Shown in pieces: positions 26,200 through 39,985 of a stretch of DNA of 64,000 bases. Positions within the stretch are counted from its first letter, which is position 1. Every line of letters begins with the position of its first letter. Both the position numbers and the translations under genes were made by a program. This stretch comes from Felis catus (Eukaryota), in NCBI RefSeq assembly GCF_018350175.1, contig NC_058368.1:40798001-40862000 (forward strand), given 5' to 3'. Below the pieces are notes generated by a model that worked only from the letters and a program-made list of their open reading frames with translations, had not been told where the DNA came from and did no database searches.

Positions 26200-26321
26200 A
26201 CAATTTAATGAATCCTGTTGTAAAAATTAGAGAATGTTATCTGTTGTTGACGGATCTGAAGTCTTCATGAAATTGTGTCTGCTGAAAAAGAACAGATATG
26301 ACGGGTTGTCTGAAATTATAC
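26200..26321 (-). pseudogene. Relic exon encoding the start of an RGS domain
   Basis: tttgcatgttccag| ... tgt|gtaagg; IISDNPSYLFFFSRHNFMKTSDPSTTDNIL*FLQQ follows the RGS pattern I..NP..L..F..F.....N.L.F. Confidence 0.55.
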
Positions 26322-26549
26322 CTGGAACATGCAAATGATGGGCTTTTTATATGATAAGGAGGGCAATATCACTCTAGACCAATGACACCAAGTCAGGGAA
26401 GCTGTAAAGCAATGAATCCAATCTCTTGCTACCAAAATAAGATCTATGCAGGAAAATTAATAAGTAAATGCCTTCCTTTCATCATGATGGCATTTGGGAG
26501 TTTTAGAGCTCTGTAGCCCATTAGTCAGTTTAGTTAATGACTCTGCTTA

Positions 26550-26815
26550 TCCTCTTAATCATGTGCAACACATTGACTGAGCTTCATTTCATTCAAAGTG
26601 CCTTTCAGAATCCTGATCTGAATCCGAGTTGTGGAAAATCTTAGCTTCTCAGAGTATAAAATATATTTAGTTCACATCCCTTGTTTTATGATGTCTTCAG
26701 AAAATGTGACGTGCTTCTAAGTACAGAAAATGCAAATCTGGATAAGGCCCAAACAGGTCATGGTTTCAGTGTTTGGCTCCTTCCACAGCCACGGCCTGTT
26801 TAGTGCTGAAGGCAT
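26550..26815 (-). pseudogene. Possible relic exon, 3' boundary uncertain
   Basis: gtaatag| followed by non-repeat, coding-like sequence with stops. Confidence 0.25.
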
Positions 26816-27269
26816 CTATTACATTCACAACAAATTCAAATAATAAGAAAGCAAACAACAATAAATACAATTCTATTCAAAACCTTTTTTCCTTATACAA
26901 TATTTAAATTTATATAAATCTATATGTTTTAGAAAAATACTTTAAATTTTATTAAGATACATTGCTGAGTGAAGAGTTAGATTTTTATAGTATGGGAGAT
27001 ACTCAGATTATCCTCCACCCCCCCACACTGAAGTGGCAATTCATAGATGCTGTGTGAGATCAGGGAATTTCATGCTATTGCGCTCAAGTGAAACCCAATA
27101 TATTGAAAAAAGTATTTATTCATCACAAATTTCATGACAAAAAGAATAGTGATTTTATTGTATCTTCTTTATTGAAGAAACATAATTTGATACCTATGGA
27201 GTTTAGGAAAAAAATTAAGTGCAGTTGTATGGAGTTGTTTCATAATCGATTGTTGGCTACTAAAATACC

Positions 27270-27405
27270 ATGGTGAGCATTCCACAATGTATATAAATGT
27301 CGAATCACTATGTTGCACATCTGAAATTAACATAACGTTGTATGTCAATTAGACCTCAATTAAAAATAAACACTAAAATAAATAAAAGTAAGTAAAATAA
27401 TAAAA
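27270..27405 (+). mobile_element. L1 extreme 3' end
   Basis: gaatcactatgttg…gtatgtcaatt…A-rich tail. Confidence 0.75.
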
Positions 27406-28211
27406 CTTCCATGACTCAAAAATATAGGTATTACCTTATTTTTTTTCCATCTTTCTTCTTCCCTTCTCTTCTTTCCATCTCCCTTTCTTTTCTTGCTATC
27501 CACTAACTCCTATAACAGCCCAAATATGTCTAATGGGTGTTCTCTGGTAGAATGTATTTGATTGCATACAGTCATTTTAATTTATATGAATGTATTAGAT
27601 TATAGATATTATTCTCTCTCATAATTTTGTTTTCAGTCAGCATCATCACGGTTATAAAATTTTCATGTCTATGTCTAGATCTGATTTATTATATATAACT
27701 GAAGGCTAGAATTCCATGATGTTCATCCTCCATATATTTTCCTATCCAGTCTAACAACTTGATATCAGAAGTAATGCTGTGAAAAATATCTTCACTTGTG
27801 TTTCATTGTGATCTATGTATATGAGACTCTTTTCCCCTAATAATATTCAGTAATGGCATCACTAAGTGATAGGAGTTATATATATTTAGTATGCTAAAAA
27901 CTATTTGCCCTAGGTGGCTATGCTGTCTTACACTCACACTAGCAGGGGTATAAAAGATCTCACACCGCAGTGTTCCTGGAGCACTTGACATTGCTTTATG
28001 ATTTATGTCTATCAAACAGGTGAAATGTGGTATCTTACTGCTCTTTTAAGTGCCACTCTCTGCTTAGTAATGGTTTTCAGCGTCTCTGAGTATTCTTATT
28101 AACTTTCTTGGTTCTTTCTTCTATAGATGTTTCCTATATTATCTTTATTATTATTTTTTTAAATGAGAATTCTTGTCTTCTCCTGTTGATTTGCAGGGAT
28201 TCCTCTAGAAA

Positions 28212-28408
28212 TGGTTTGACAAACTTGTTTCTGTAAAGGACCAGATAATAGATATTTAAAGCTGTGTGGACTGTACAACTTTGTCATAAATACTTAACTC
28301 TGTCATAATAGCATGAAAGCTTTGTAGGCAATACATAAGCAAATGAGTGTGGCTGTGTTGCAATTAAATTCTGTTTACAATGGGCCATTGGCCAGATTTG
28401 ACCCATTG
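28212..28408 (+). mobile_element. MER58-like MITE
   Basis: caaact…ctgtaaaggaccagataa…gagtgtggctgtgtt. Confidence 0.7.
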
Positions 28409-30079
28409 AAACCTAATGTACATAAATGGAAAATTCACTAAGAACAATGTCAGGAACAGTGAGGGAAAAAAGATAGTGAGACTAGCACAAAAATCATTAT
28501 AAAATTACAGAGAAAAACCAGAGGTTTAATGGTGGAGTTATGAAAGATAAAATTATAAAACTGATGAAAATAAGTTTAGGAGAATATCTTTGATCCAATC
28601 CATCAAAGTCATAATGCAAACAAAGTGGTCAGCAAACAAACAAACAAAAACCTGATTAATTCAGATATTCTGTTCAAAGAAGAATATTATAGAAAAATAA
28701 AATACTAAAGATATAATAGGAAAATATAATTATAATGAGTATAATTAGTAAGAGACTAATATCTCAAACAACAATTAAACTGATAATGTCTTAAAGTAAT
28801 TCACTTTTTAAGAAAAAAGAAAAAGGAAAAATTGGAGAATAGTTAATTAATTATATGTCTTTGGGCAGTTTTAAAATACCTTTTGTTTCTGGAAAGTGGA
28901 GATTTTCAAAATTGTCAGGAGTTAAGGCTGAAACAAAAAAGATCCATATTGAAGAAGATCATGCTCTTCAATTTTTGATAATTTTATTTTCAAGGGAAAG
29001 AGAAATATACCATGTTTAATTCTAACATGTTGAGTCTATGAAAGGCCATGATTTAATGGTAATGCCTACAAAAATAAGTCACTATGAAGTGGTCAAAATG
29101 CACCTGAAGTAACAGAATTATGGAGACAACATTATTATGTGTTTAATTTATTTTTAATTTCAATAAAATGTTTATGTCTATTTGTGAAGATTTTATTATT
29201 TTGTTGTTACATTGAGTGTGAAGATATATGTATGTGAGAATATAAATGAGTATATATGTATATTTATTAATTTATGTACTAATAAGAAAGAGGAAGGAAA
29301 ACAATTATTAGGGAATCAAAGATATCAGTGAATAGCAGCTGTAACCAGTGTGCTCCAAGATGATGTATTAGTTATAAATCCCAAAGGGAAGAGTTACCAG
29401 TGCCGTCATTATCCCTTGAAATAAAATTTCTAGATGACTGGACTAATTTTAGAGATGTATTGCTAAGATATACATAAATTTCCAATTATAACAATGTAAC
29501 AATATAACTAGGTAAATATATCACAATGACAGAAAAATACGTTAGGTACTTCTGGTCTCACAAAATTTGGAGAAAACATCCTTTCTAGGAAATCTACCAA
29601 GACTAAAAAAAATAAAATAAAATAAAATCTATATGAAAGTAAAAAACTTAAAACACTGGTGATAAAACAAATAAAACTTTATTATAAAAGGAAATTACAC
29701 TCTGCTTTAAATGATCTTCAATAGCAAAAATAAATATTATGAACAGACCAAGAATCAACTGACAAAAACTCAGATCCTGATACCTCGGTCGGTTTGAGAC
29801 TATTTCCTTCTTCCCCCCCCCCCCGCCCCCTCCTTCCTTCTTTCTTTCCTTGCCTTCCTTCCTTCCTCCCTCCCTTTTTCCTTCTGTCCATTATCTCTCT
29901 CTCTTTCTCTCATTTCCTTCCTCCCTCCATTTTCTTCCTCCCTCCCTACCTTTCTTCCTTTCTCCCTTTTACTTTTAGGTTTGGTTTAAATAATCTTATC
30001 AAAATGCAAAGCTTTCATCTGGTAAATTATCCTTTGAATCTAAAAGGTAGCCTTAACAAGTATAAAAGTAAAGAAAAGA

Positions 30080-30197
30080 GAGGCACTGGGTGGCTCAGTC
30101 TGTTAAGCCTCTGACTCTGATTTTGGCTGAGGGTGATCTCACGTTGGATGGAGCCCTGCATCAGGCTCGGTGCTGACAGCATGGAGCCTGCTTGGGA

Positions 30198-30253
<56 letters not shown>

Positions 30254-30324
30254 GCCCCTCTTCCACTTGCACGCATGTGCTATCTCTCTCTCTCTCTTTC
30301 AAAATAAATAGATAAAAACTTTTT
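30080..30324 (+). mobile_element. Can-SINE
   Basis: TSD aagtaaagaaaaga. Confidence 0.92.
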
Positions 30325-30717
30325 TAAGTAAAGAAAAGAATTAAGAAGATTAATGAAGAAATATATTTAAATACATGTAGTAAGACTTTCCATCCATTTG
30401 ACTCTATCTGCACTTATTTTTTAAATTTATGCAATTTTGTATACTTTGTCCATTGATCACATAAAAATCTGATATATACACATACGAGTTGTGATTTTAT
30501 ATTTTAGAAACAATTATTAAAGATTTGTGGTAATGTAATTATCTAAATCCATAAGATTTCATGAACTCTGGGTAATTACTGTAACTATTTGGAGAAAGTT
30601 TTAATATTTAAATAAGTGTTAAGAGACTAACTTATAAAATTAATAAAGTTGACATTTAAAAAGGATGAATAATATCAAATATCTGTCTCTGAATCCAGAA
30701 AATGTTAGTGAATTTAA

Positions 30718-30853
30718 ATATATATATGTATATGTATATATAAGTATATGTGTATATATATATGTATATAATATATACATGTATATGTATAATATAACAT
30801 ATTTATATGTATATAATTATATATATCTATATATGTGTATATGTATATATAAT

Positions 30854-30913
<60 letters not shown>
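30718..30913. repeat. (TA)n/(TG)n compound microsatellite
   Basis: Directly visible. Confidence 0.95.
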
Positions 30914-30916
<3 letters not shown>

Positions 30917-31619
30917 CCCTGAAATCTCAAATTACGCATCCTAGTCTCTCTCCATCTTTCATCTTTTCAAGTGACTTATTCTACAAACTATACTGCAATT
31001 ATTCCTCATCCTATGGGGAGTTCCAGCCAATTGATACTACCAGTTTTTCTTTGCTCATAATCTACATGTTCTCAATTTCTTCGTCACCTGGATTAGGTTC
31101 CATGGTGCATCACTAATAATTCTCATCTCTCTTATGACACCCTCTGCCACACTATATGGTAAAATTGCACTATTTTTAATCCCAGTGCTTCACCTATCCT
31201 GTGTTCACACAAACAGCTAAACCTGTCTGGAGCAGAATACATACTTCAGTAAGTTACTGAACTTTATCTAACACATTTCCCATAATTCCCAAACTGGTCA
31301 CACTTGATATATTGCCAAGTGGATTTCATCTCTCAATTTTCAAATAGAATTTTTTCCACTTTTTTTTTGTCTTCCTAAAGATTTCTATACCCCTCTGCTT
31401 CCTCATACTGCAGAGGTTTTTAAATCTGGCATTCACAGAGCCTTCTGGAGTCAGTGAAGAAAAGTTAGGTTTTCATAAGCTTAAATGAGAAAATAGAATA
31501 GGAAATGTTGACTGATAACTAACTGAAACTTTTCCTTTAGCTTTAAATATACACAACAAACCACTGTTGTTTTAACAAAATCTCTGGACCTTGTCATCAA
31601 TAGAAAATGCATATATTTA

Positions 31620-31837
31620 GGGGCGCCTAGGTGGTTCGGGGGTTAAGTATCCAACTTCACCTCAGGTCATGTTTTCACAGTCTGTGGGTTCAAGCCCCTC
31701 GTCAGGCTCTGTGCTGACAGGTCAGAGCCTGGAACCTGCTTCAGATTCTGTGTCTCACAATCTCTCTGCCCCTCCCCTGCCTGTGCTCTTTCTCTCTCAA
31801 AAATAAATAAATGTTAAAAAAAAAACCTAAAGAAAAA
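31620..31837 (+). mobile_element. Can-SINE
   Basis: TSD agaaaatgcat. Confidence 0.93.
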
Positions 31838-32992
31838 GAAAATGCATTTATTTAATGTTACACTACAGTTGTTGCAAATGTCTTGAATTATGTATATCTT
31901 TATCACTACTTCAAAGTAAGTCTTAAAATCTAATGCTCAGCTCCATAACTTCATACATTAATTTAAAAATGAATTCATTATTATATAAAATCTGTCCCTA
32001 TTAACATTTCAAACCACTCAAAAATTTTTGAGTATAACTGATTTCCTTTGTCATCTTATGTATCTTATTTCGTGAACTTGTGAGGTGTCTACCAGAGTAC
32101 TAAAAGCTCCAACACACACACACACACACACACACAAATTAAGATTTTTCTGGCTGGTGACCTAAATTCTTAATTCACAGAAGCAAAGTGAACAGAATGA
32201 GTTATTTCATCTTCACCCTACAAAATCTATTCATGTATTCGATCTTGTGCCCTTATTTTCCGCTTTATTTCCAGTTAAAATGATGACTCTGTACTAGCTA
32301 CTAAGGTCAAACATTTCATTTTTTGCATGGTATTTTCTCTCACCTACTTAAGAAATTTGTCCTTGAATGGATACCCTCTCTCTTCTGCATCGACTTTTTC
32401 CTCCTTACTCACTGATAGAAATGCATTAACAATGAAAGGGACTTTCATATCTCTTATATTAGAAATTACTTAATATTCTTTAACAAATATTCCGATGATC
32501 CCTGTATATTCTTAATCTCCTTCAAGTTTTGCAAGGCACTCACTTACTTAGTGTAATCATACTACATAGATTTGCCTACGGCTTGTGTTCCTCACAAAAT
32601 ACAATCCTTGAGAGAAGGACTTTTGTCTGTTTTATTCACCATAATCATTGAGTCTAGATCATGGTAGGAATTCAATAAACGTCAGATAGAGGATTTAAGG
32701 TAAAAAGGAACCCGCAATAGGAGATAGGAAAGTCATATTTTCCCAGAATAAAATATGTTCAACAATTACAGACTTGGAGCCACAGTAACATCAGAACATG
32801 AGTTACTAAAAACGTCTAGGATCTGGAATATCTTTGCAACAAAAATCCTATTTTAATGAGAATGGGCCATTGTTAAGTGGTGAAATAGTAATCTCCAGAA
32901 GAGGAGAGACATAGGATGGTTAACGATCAGATACCAATGTTGGAATACCATATGTAGCACAATTGCTAAATGACACCATAACACTCAATTAA

Positions 32993-33169
32993 TAGAGCCA
33001 GCTTCATGGTCATGAGCATGTGACCTGTGAAATCATCAGTGCTTTGGGCTTACTAGAAGGGTTCCAGGCTTGGTTTATGCTATCTTCTGTCACTTGATAT
33101 CCTTAATAATTTTTGAACAAGGGACCCTGCATTTCATATTTGATGTTCAAGTTAATGCAGCCAGTACTG
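32993..33169 (+). mobile_element. MER91A-like hAT-Tip100 MITE
   Basis: gccagcttcatgg…cttaataatttttgaacaagggaccctgcattt…gcagccagtactg. Confidence 0.7.
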
Positions 33170-34939
33170 CTTGCAAATATGAAATTACACATTTAATTTG
33201 TTCAGTCTTTAGTTAGCTAGAGAAATACAATACCATAGTTTTTTGTACTTAAATTTTTATTACACATGTGCTAGGTGTTAGATTCCTCTAGTATTTCCAA
33301 GTTTACTTTAACAATTAGCAGTTGTAGGATTTTATTTTGTAGAACATATTGGTGAATTTGACAAGTAATAAAATGATTACTTAAAATAGATCAGTCATTT
33401 ACTCATATCTTTTATATGCCTATATCAGAATTTTAGTTAAGAATAAAATTAAATTGAGTTTCCCTAAAGATGTGAAAGGTCTAAGATTTTTTAAATAGAA
33501 TATTCAAAGTTTGAATGTACTAAACAAAATTTCTAAGTGAACTTTTTTCTTTCAGAGATAATGTGCCTGTTCATTGAGTAGATTATTTTATTTGACATAT
33601 TTTGAAAATTTTGCTTTTATTGTGCCTAAAACTTTCCCAGCTAATCACAAAATTATTGCCTTAAAATCATAATTTCTAAAATGTTTAATATCCCTTTTAC
33701 GTTTAGAAGTTGCTATTTTTGTTAACTGTGATTTACTAAATTCTGAGTTACCTGAGTACCACCATTTGTCACAGGAACCAAAAAAAAAAAAAAAGTTTAG
33801 TAGTTCCATTGGCTTTGGAAACCTATAAAACTTAAACTACAACATTAACATGTAAAGAATGTTGTATATAAAAATAAATTAATAAATAGAAACTATCACA
33901 TGATAGTGGAGATCTACACACCTTTTAGAAGATGTATTCAGAGTGTGTCTCTCCTAGGTTTTGATCTTAGTATAAATCACAGGAAAGAAAAAAAAATTAA
34001 ATATATTTCTGTATAACAGTTTTTCTATCCTGGAAATTTGTACTAGTCTGAGACTCAGATAGCAAGTCTAATTAGATTCTCGTCCTAACTCTGTCCTTTA
34101 CCAGTTCTATGATTTGGAAGATACTGTTAACTTCTTTGAGCATTGACATTGAGGTTATTATTTATGAAAAGAGTTTTTTACCTGAACTTCTGTACAAGGA
34201 GTCTAAATGTAAGTATTTAAATCATATAGATTAAGCAAGATAACAAAGGAGTCTTTCACACCTGTGCTTTCATGAAAACTTTGTCCTCTGTGTTAAATTT
34301 TAATCATTTTACTAATTCATGAATTATGAAATAGTATCTAAATGTAACTACTTTAAATCCTAAATTCTTACATATCAATGGTTGCCTGATAATCATCAAT
34401 TTATCCTTAAGGCAGAGTTCATTGCCTTGAAGTGGAAGGTTCTCAATACATTTATTCCTCAAAGAAGGTTATACGATTCACTGTTTTGTCCACTAGGAAA
34501 TGTAAGTATGTTAATCCCCTTCTCATGGACAGTAAAGAAGCTTGGAGAGTTTCTATTTTGCTATATGAAATCCTAATGTCTTGCTCTCTGTTTATATGTA
34601 ATTTTTAAAACTCAAAAGTGAATTATTTGGCTAAGCTTGGTTTGAGTTGATCATATCTTTTCAATCAAATTAAGCATAAGAGTTAGCATTATGAGAGCAC
34701 AGTGTTAAAATCATATTGGCCAGGCGATCCACAGTTTAAATAGTAAAGTTTTCATGCTAATAATTTTAATATTGTCTATAATTATAAAGACTGAAATGTC
34801 CATTTTAAATTATACTATTAGGAGAAATATATTTAGAAAAATATGCTTTCACATGTACGTACAGTATGGTAACATAAGCTTAAGAATTTCATAAGCTAAA
34901 GAGCTTTTATGAAATCTACCATTTATTTTTTTTTCAAAA

Positions 34940-34974
<35 letters not shown>

Positions 34975-35034
34975 TACTCTACATCATACACTCTACTAAG
35001 TTATGTGGGGATAAGAGCAAATAGTATTGCATAT

Positions 35035-35390
35035 AACCAGATGTTATCAGCTGAGTGGAGAACCCAAAAACGATTAATTCGTATCCTAATTTCCAGAAAC
35101 TGTGAATATTGCCTTATGTGGTAAGAGAGTCAACATTAGCTTATAGAGTAAAAGAAGTGATCAACCTATAGGTTTTGGGAGGAGGAGCTTATCCTGGATT
35201 ACTAAAGTGAGCTCTAAATCCAATAATAAGTGGCATAAGAGTGGGCAGATGCACATTGACTGAAGAGGAGATGGCCATGAAATAGGAGCAGAAAATGGAG
35301 TAACATAACCACAAACCAAGGAATGCCAACAGCCATCAGAAGCTGGAAGAAGACAAGAAATGGAATTTCCCCCAGACACTCTAGAAGTCT
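35035..35390 (+). mobile_element. MLT1 LTR fragment
   Basis: aactgtgaatattg…ttatcctggatta…aaccaaggaatgcc…agaagctggaaga. Confidence 0.75.
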
Positions 35391-36252
35391 TATACCTTAA
35401 TTAAGGAGATTTGGGAATCCTGAGAAACAGAAGATATGAGCCTTACGTGACAGAAAATACAAAGATATTGGAGCCTTACTAGATTGTTGAACTTGGAAAT
35501 TGCCTGACAACAATCGTGTGATCAGAATAACTTGAGAGTGGAATCCAATGGGAGAAGTGATTGAAGAGGGTGGGGCATTGGGGAAGAATCACTGGTTTCT
35601 GTAGAAAAATGGTAGAGCTATGCGGCAAGATAGTTGGTAGAAATGTATAGGTAAAAGACAGAACTAAGTGAATTTCCAAGAACAAACACGGGAGGGTGTA
35701 AGGTATAAGGAAATATTAAGATGATATACCAGCAAATGCATAGCCTCAGTATAGCTACATAGATTCCTAGAATTTCTCAAACATAAGGAAATTTCAGTAT
35801 TTCCTCAAATGTCCTTAAAACTAGCTGGAGTACTTTCCCTATTGTACCATTTGGGGTATGAAATATTATGGACCATCTAAAAATTATGTATTTTAATATT
35901 CATTTCATACACTTGATTTTTGAATCTAAATATCAGCCCTTTTCAATTAAAGCTAAAATCTACTATCCCAAATGAGTATATTGTTTCAGTTTTAAACTTC
36001 ATATTTTAAAATAAATATAAAGTAAGAATTTTGGTAACTTCATTGCATGTAGAGTGGATTATAAATATAAAAGAAAAAAAATCAATGCAATTTAAGAATA
36101 ATTTATGGTTATATAGTTATTTTATTGGTTTTTTTTGCTCTTAGAATATTTTAGTTGCTAAATTTGAGTCTGAAAATCTATTTTCAATTAAATTTAATAT
36201 GGATTATTAAAAGGATATATTGAAATGGAGTTTATATGTATAAGAAAAAGTA

Positions 36253-36478
36253 GGGGCGCCTGGGTGGCGCAGTCGGTTAAGCGTCCGACTTCAGCCAGGT
36301 CACGATCTTGCGGTCTGTGAGTTCGAGCCCCGCATCAGGCTCTGGGCTGATGGCTCAGAGCCTGGTGCCTGTTTCCGATTCTGTGTCTCCCTCTCTCTCT
36401 GCCCCTCCCCCGTTCATGCTCTGTCTCTCTCTGTCCCAAAAATAAATAAAAAACGTTGAAAAAAATTAAAAAAAAAAA
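36253..36478 (+). mobile_element. Young felid SINEC_Fc
   Basis: CpG-rich head ggggcgcctgggtggcgcagtcggttaagcgtccgacttcagccaggtcacg; TSD aagaaaa(a)gta. Confidence 0.95.
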
Positions 36479-36497
36479 GAAAAGTAAACTGTGTCAC

Positions 36498-36667
36498 CAA
36501 TAAATTAGTTTCTTTCAAGCAATTATATTCTAATTAAAATAAACTGTTCACAGGACAAAAAATATATGTATGTGCAGTCTCGGTGTATATCAAAAGATTT
36601 CACAATGTTTTCAGCCCTCAGTGATATGTTTCGATGATTCTCTTTATATTTCAGTCATAACATTTTT
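36498..36667 (-). pseudogene. Relic exon
   Basis: gtgttttag|; fragment FLSCEQFILIRI*LLE versus recalled RGS22 FDTAEEYILLLLLE; weak donor. Confidence 0.45.
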
Positions 36668-36959
36668 CTAAAACACCACTCCAATTACTTTCCCCCAAAA
36701 AGGTCTTAAAATATTCTTTACTTGTGCTAAATCTTCCCATTATGCTGATTTTAGAAAAATTTAAAGATAATTAATTTAAATAATATATTTAAATTGTACC
36801 CTTTATCACACTTGTAACAATCACAACATAGAAAATAAAAATACAAAATTACAACAAAAATGAAAATATTAAATAAGTAGGAGTTTCCAGAAATATTACA
36901 GAAATATTAGAAACAATTCATGACATTGTTACATGTAACTATCGTAATTAAAGGCCATA

Positions 36960-37345
36960 AGAAAGAAATGCCCAAGAGGTCAACATAATGAGACTGTGTT
37001 AAGCTTTTGTAACACAGGGATACCTAAGAAAGCGATGACCGTGTGAAGTGCTCTTCCCATTTTAAATAAAGCTCCATATGCCTTAAATTTGGGAACTCTC
37101 GTCAGGAGTATACTGCCTGGCTTCAATTGTCATTATATAGCAGAGGGAGAGAAGGGATTTCTGAGGGAGCCAGAGCCCAAACTATTTAGAGCTTTATAGA
37201 GTAAAGTCAACATCTTTGAATTGCAATTTTAAGCAAATGGGTAGGCAGTGCAGGCTGTGGAAAATTGGTATTATGCACTCCCTGTGGCTTGTACCACTTA
37301 GTTGCTGAGCCGCAGAATTTAGCCTATGTAGAAGCTTCTGGGTGG
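36960..37345 (-). mobile_element. Ancient L2-clade LINE, ORF2 C-terminal relic
   Basis: QKLLHRLNSAAQQLSGTSHRECIIPIFHSLHCLPICLKLQFK…YKALNSLG, matching the L2-clade motif QNAAAR…HITP…LHWLP…FK…YKALNGL. Confidence 0.8.
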
Positions 37346-37400
37346 TATTGAAGGCTGGGACTATACTAAAGGAAAAAAGCCTATGTTCATCCAAGCATAC

Positions 37401-37638
37401 CTTCAACCCAAACTTTACAATCATTGGAATGAGTGCAATGTACAATCAAAGGGAGAGCTCAACAATTGGAGTCAGAACACAGAGAAAAAGTTGGAAGTTG
37501 AAGGCTTTACCCTCAGCTCACTTTTGCTTTCACTAAATAATTCTTATATGAGCAGATGTTAAAGAAACGAATGCCAACATTTAGATTTTTCTCCCAATCA
37601 ATGAAAGAGAAGAACTGATTCTTCATTGTGAAAGAATC
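37401..37638 (-). pseudogene. Relic exon (238 nt)
   Basis: acatag| ... aag|gtatgc. With frameshifts reads GFF...FFNICSYKELFSES...KAFNFQLFLCVLTPIVELSL, versus recalled RGS22 GFFF...WFDLQAYHQLFYQE...QAQYLFATYVAPSATLDI. Confidence 0.55.
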
Positions 37639-37710
37639 CTATGTCTCACAAGGAATCATGAGATGAAACTATTTATGAACTACTGTTTTATAAATTCTCT
37701 CAGGTCCATT

Positions 37711-37877
37711 GGGGCGCCAGGGTGGCTCCATTGGTTAGGCGTCCCACTTCAGCTCAGGTCAAGCTCACGGTCAGTGACTTCGAGCCCCGCATCAGTCTCT
37801 GTGCTGACAGCCGGGGCCTGGAGGCTGCTTCAGATTCTGTGTCTCCCTCTCTCTCTCTGCCCCTCCCTCAGTCATGT

Positions 37878-37933
<56 letters not shown>

Positions 37934-37967
37934 AAATAAATAAATGTTTAAAAAAAAACAAAACAAC
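37711..37967 (+). mobile_element. Can-SINE
   Basis: TSD taaattctctcagg. Confidence 0.93.
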
Positions 37968-39149
37968 TAAATTCTCTCAGGACCGGTCCTCCCCTTGGCA
38001 TGTGCAGATTTCATCACTGGTTAAGTCATGTGTTTCGTATGGTAAAAGATACACAAAAAGTTCTATGCAAAATAATAAACTATTTGACATATTTCTAGCT
38101 TGATGCTACTATTGCTTCATTCTTTCAATCCTAACATTGTCTGCATTTTCTAAAACTTCCATATTCTCAAATTACCCTCTCCAACTCCACACTTTCTATC
38201 AATCACACACTTTTATTTACATAGGGCTTTATGTGAGAGATAATAAATAAAAGCATCATCCTTTCCAAGGTTTTTGACATTTTAAATACAAATAATGATT
38301 AGAATTGTATTGGTTCAAAAAGAGATTTCAGAGACCCAGGTATGTAATAATTTTGCTACCGTTCTTCGTGAAGAAACTGGACAGAGTATTTAGTCAATTC
38401 CAATTGTGTAGCAGCCCAGCTAAATGTTGGTAAGAATTCTGATTTATATTCCTCATGCATTTTTAAAGAATTTTTCTGCTGGTAATTTATTTTGTGTACT
38501 TCTTGGTCAACTACCAAAAAGTGGCATAAACATTTGAAGTGGCCAGGTCAGATTTGAAAGTGGTTATAAGGATTCAGTTAGGCTACTTTTCCTCCATGCC
38601 ATTCGTAAAAGAACAAATAAGTAGTGCAAAAATGATAAACAATATCTGACGTCAGTTTGCTACCTTAGTGGCAGCTCTCCACCATAGTCCTTGTTCCTCA
38701 TGGGAAGGCTCCCACTCTTTAGTTGTCTTAGCTGCCTGCACAGAGTAAGAAATATAACGGATTAGAGAAACCTGGAAGCATATGCTTACTGTTGAGTAGG
38801 GAGAAGATGACCTTGCCAAACCACCCCCCTCACACAAGCAGATAGTCTCAGTGCCACTTGCATACTCCTACTTGTGATTCTGTGGACGAAGCTCATCACC
38901 TACCACACCACAGGAGGAAGACACTATCAAAAAGGATGCCATGTGTTCATTTTTCTTGGCAAAAGTACTTCATGATAGCTGAAATGTAGCAGTGGTATGA
39001 TTTATTGTTGCCTGCATCTAATTAATTTATTATTTTATTCATTCAGCTACTATTTTCAGGGATACTCCACTAGATTTTTTAAAACCATCACTTTTGTTAG
39101 TACTAACATGACTACTACCATTGCATCTAAGATCATTAATACTATTAAT

Positions 39150-39375
39150 AATAGTTAAAATTTAGTAACACTATCTTTCAGGCATTCTGCTAATCACTTC
39201 ACATTTATTAGCTCATTCAATTCTAACAACTATGAATGTGCCCATTTTACAGAAGAAGAATTAAGCCTAAAGAGGCTAAGTAACATGTCCAGAGACACAC
39301 ATTTTGAACCTGGTAAAAAAAGGGGTATGACTTCATATATCTTACATGATTCCAAAGCTAACAAGCTTCACTTCT
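39150..39375 (-). mobile_element. MIR
   Basis: ggcattctgctaa…cccattttacagaagaagaa…agaggctaagtaac. Confidence 0.7.
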
Positions 39376-39722
39376 ACATGGTTCCATTCTTGTTGGTGAA
39401 TAATACTGGGTTTTTTCTAATCATTTTTCGAGATAACTTGTGATGTTGATTCAAAATGTTAATGGAGGTAAAAAAAAAAGTATAGTCACGTGCCTTATGA
39501 AGAAGAAAACAATTGGACAAACTTGCATTGATAGCTACCAAGATTTATATGATCTAAAGTAATAAAGTCAGAGTGGTACTGGACACAATAAAGACAAATA
39601 GACACTGGGACACACAAAAAGCAGTATTACAGATCACTGTCAAAGGATGGGCTATCTAGCTGGTGTTGAAACAACTGTCCACATGAGAAGAGATTGGATA
39701 CCTGCTCCATACCATTCACAAG

Positions 39723-39951
39723 TTTTTTTTTTTTAATTTTTTTAAATTACATTTCTTTATTTTTGAGACACAGTGAGACAGAGCATGAGCAGGGGAGGGA
39801 CAGAGAGAGGGGGAGAAACAGAATCCAAAGCAGGCTCCAGGCTCTGAGCTGTCAGCACAGAGCCCAACGCGGGGCTCAAACCCATGAACGGTGAGATCAT
39901 GACCTGAGCCGAAGTCGGACAACTTAACCGACTGAGCCACCCAGGCGCCCC
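39723..39951 (-). mobile_element. Can-SINE
   Basis: Antisense SINE body with T-rich tail. Confidence 0.95.
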
Positions 39952-39985
39952 TACAAAATTTAATTCCAAAGATAATATAGGGGAA

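Noticed and set aside
34386..34492. Possible extra minus-strand exon, or a plus-strand ORF ending at a gtaagt donor
   Set aside because: Only a GC-type donor on the minus strand and no family motif; not distinguishable from chance.
36253..36330. tRNA-like sequence with A and B boxes
   Set aside because: tRNA-derived SINE head, not a tRNA gene.
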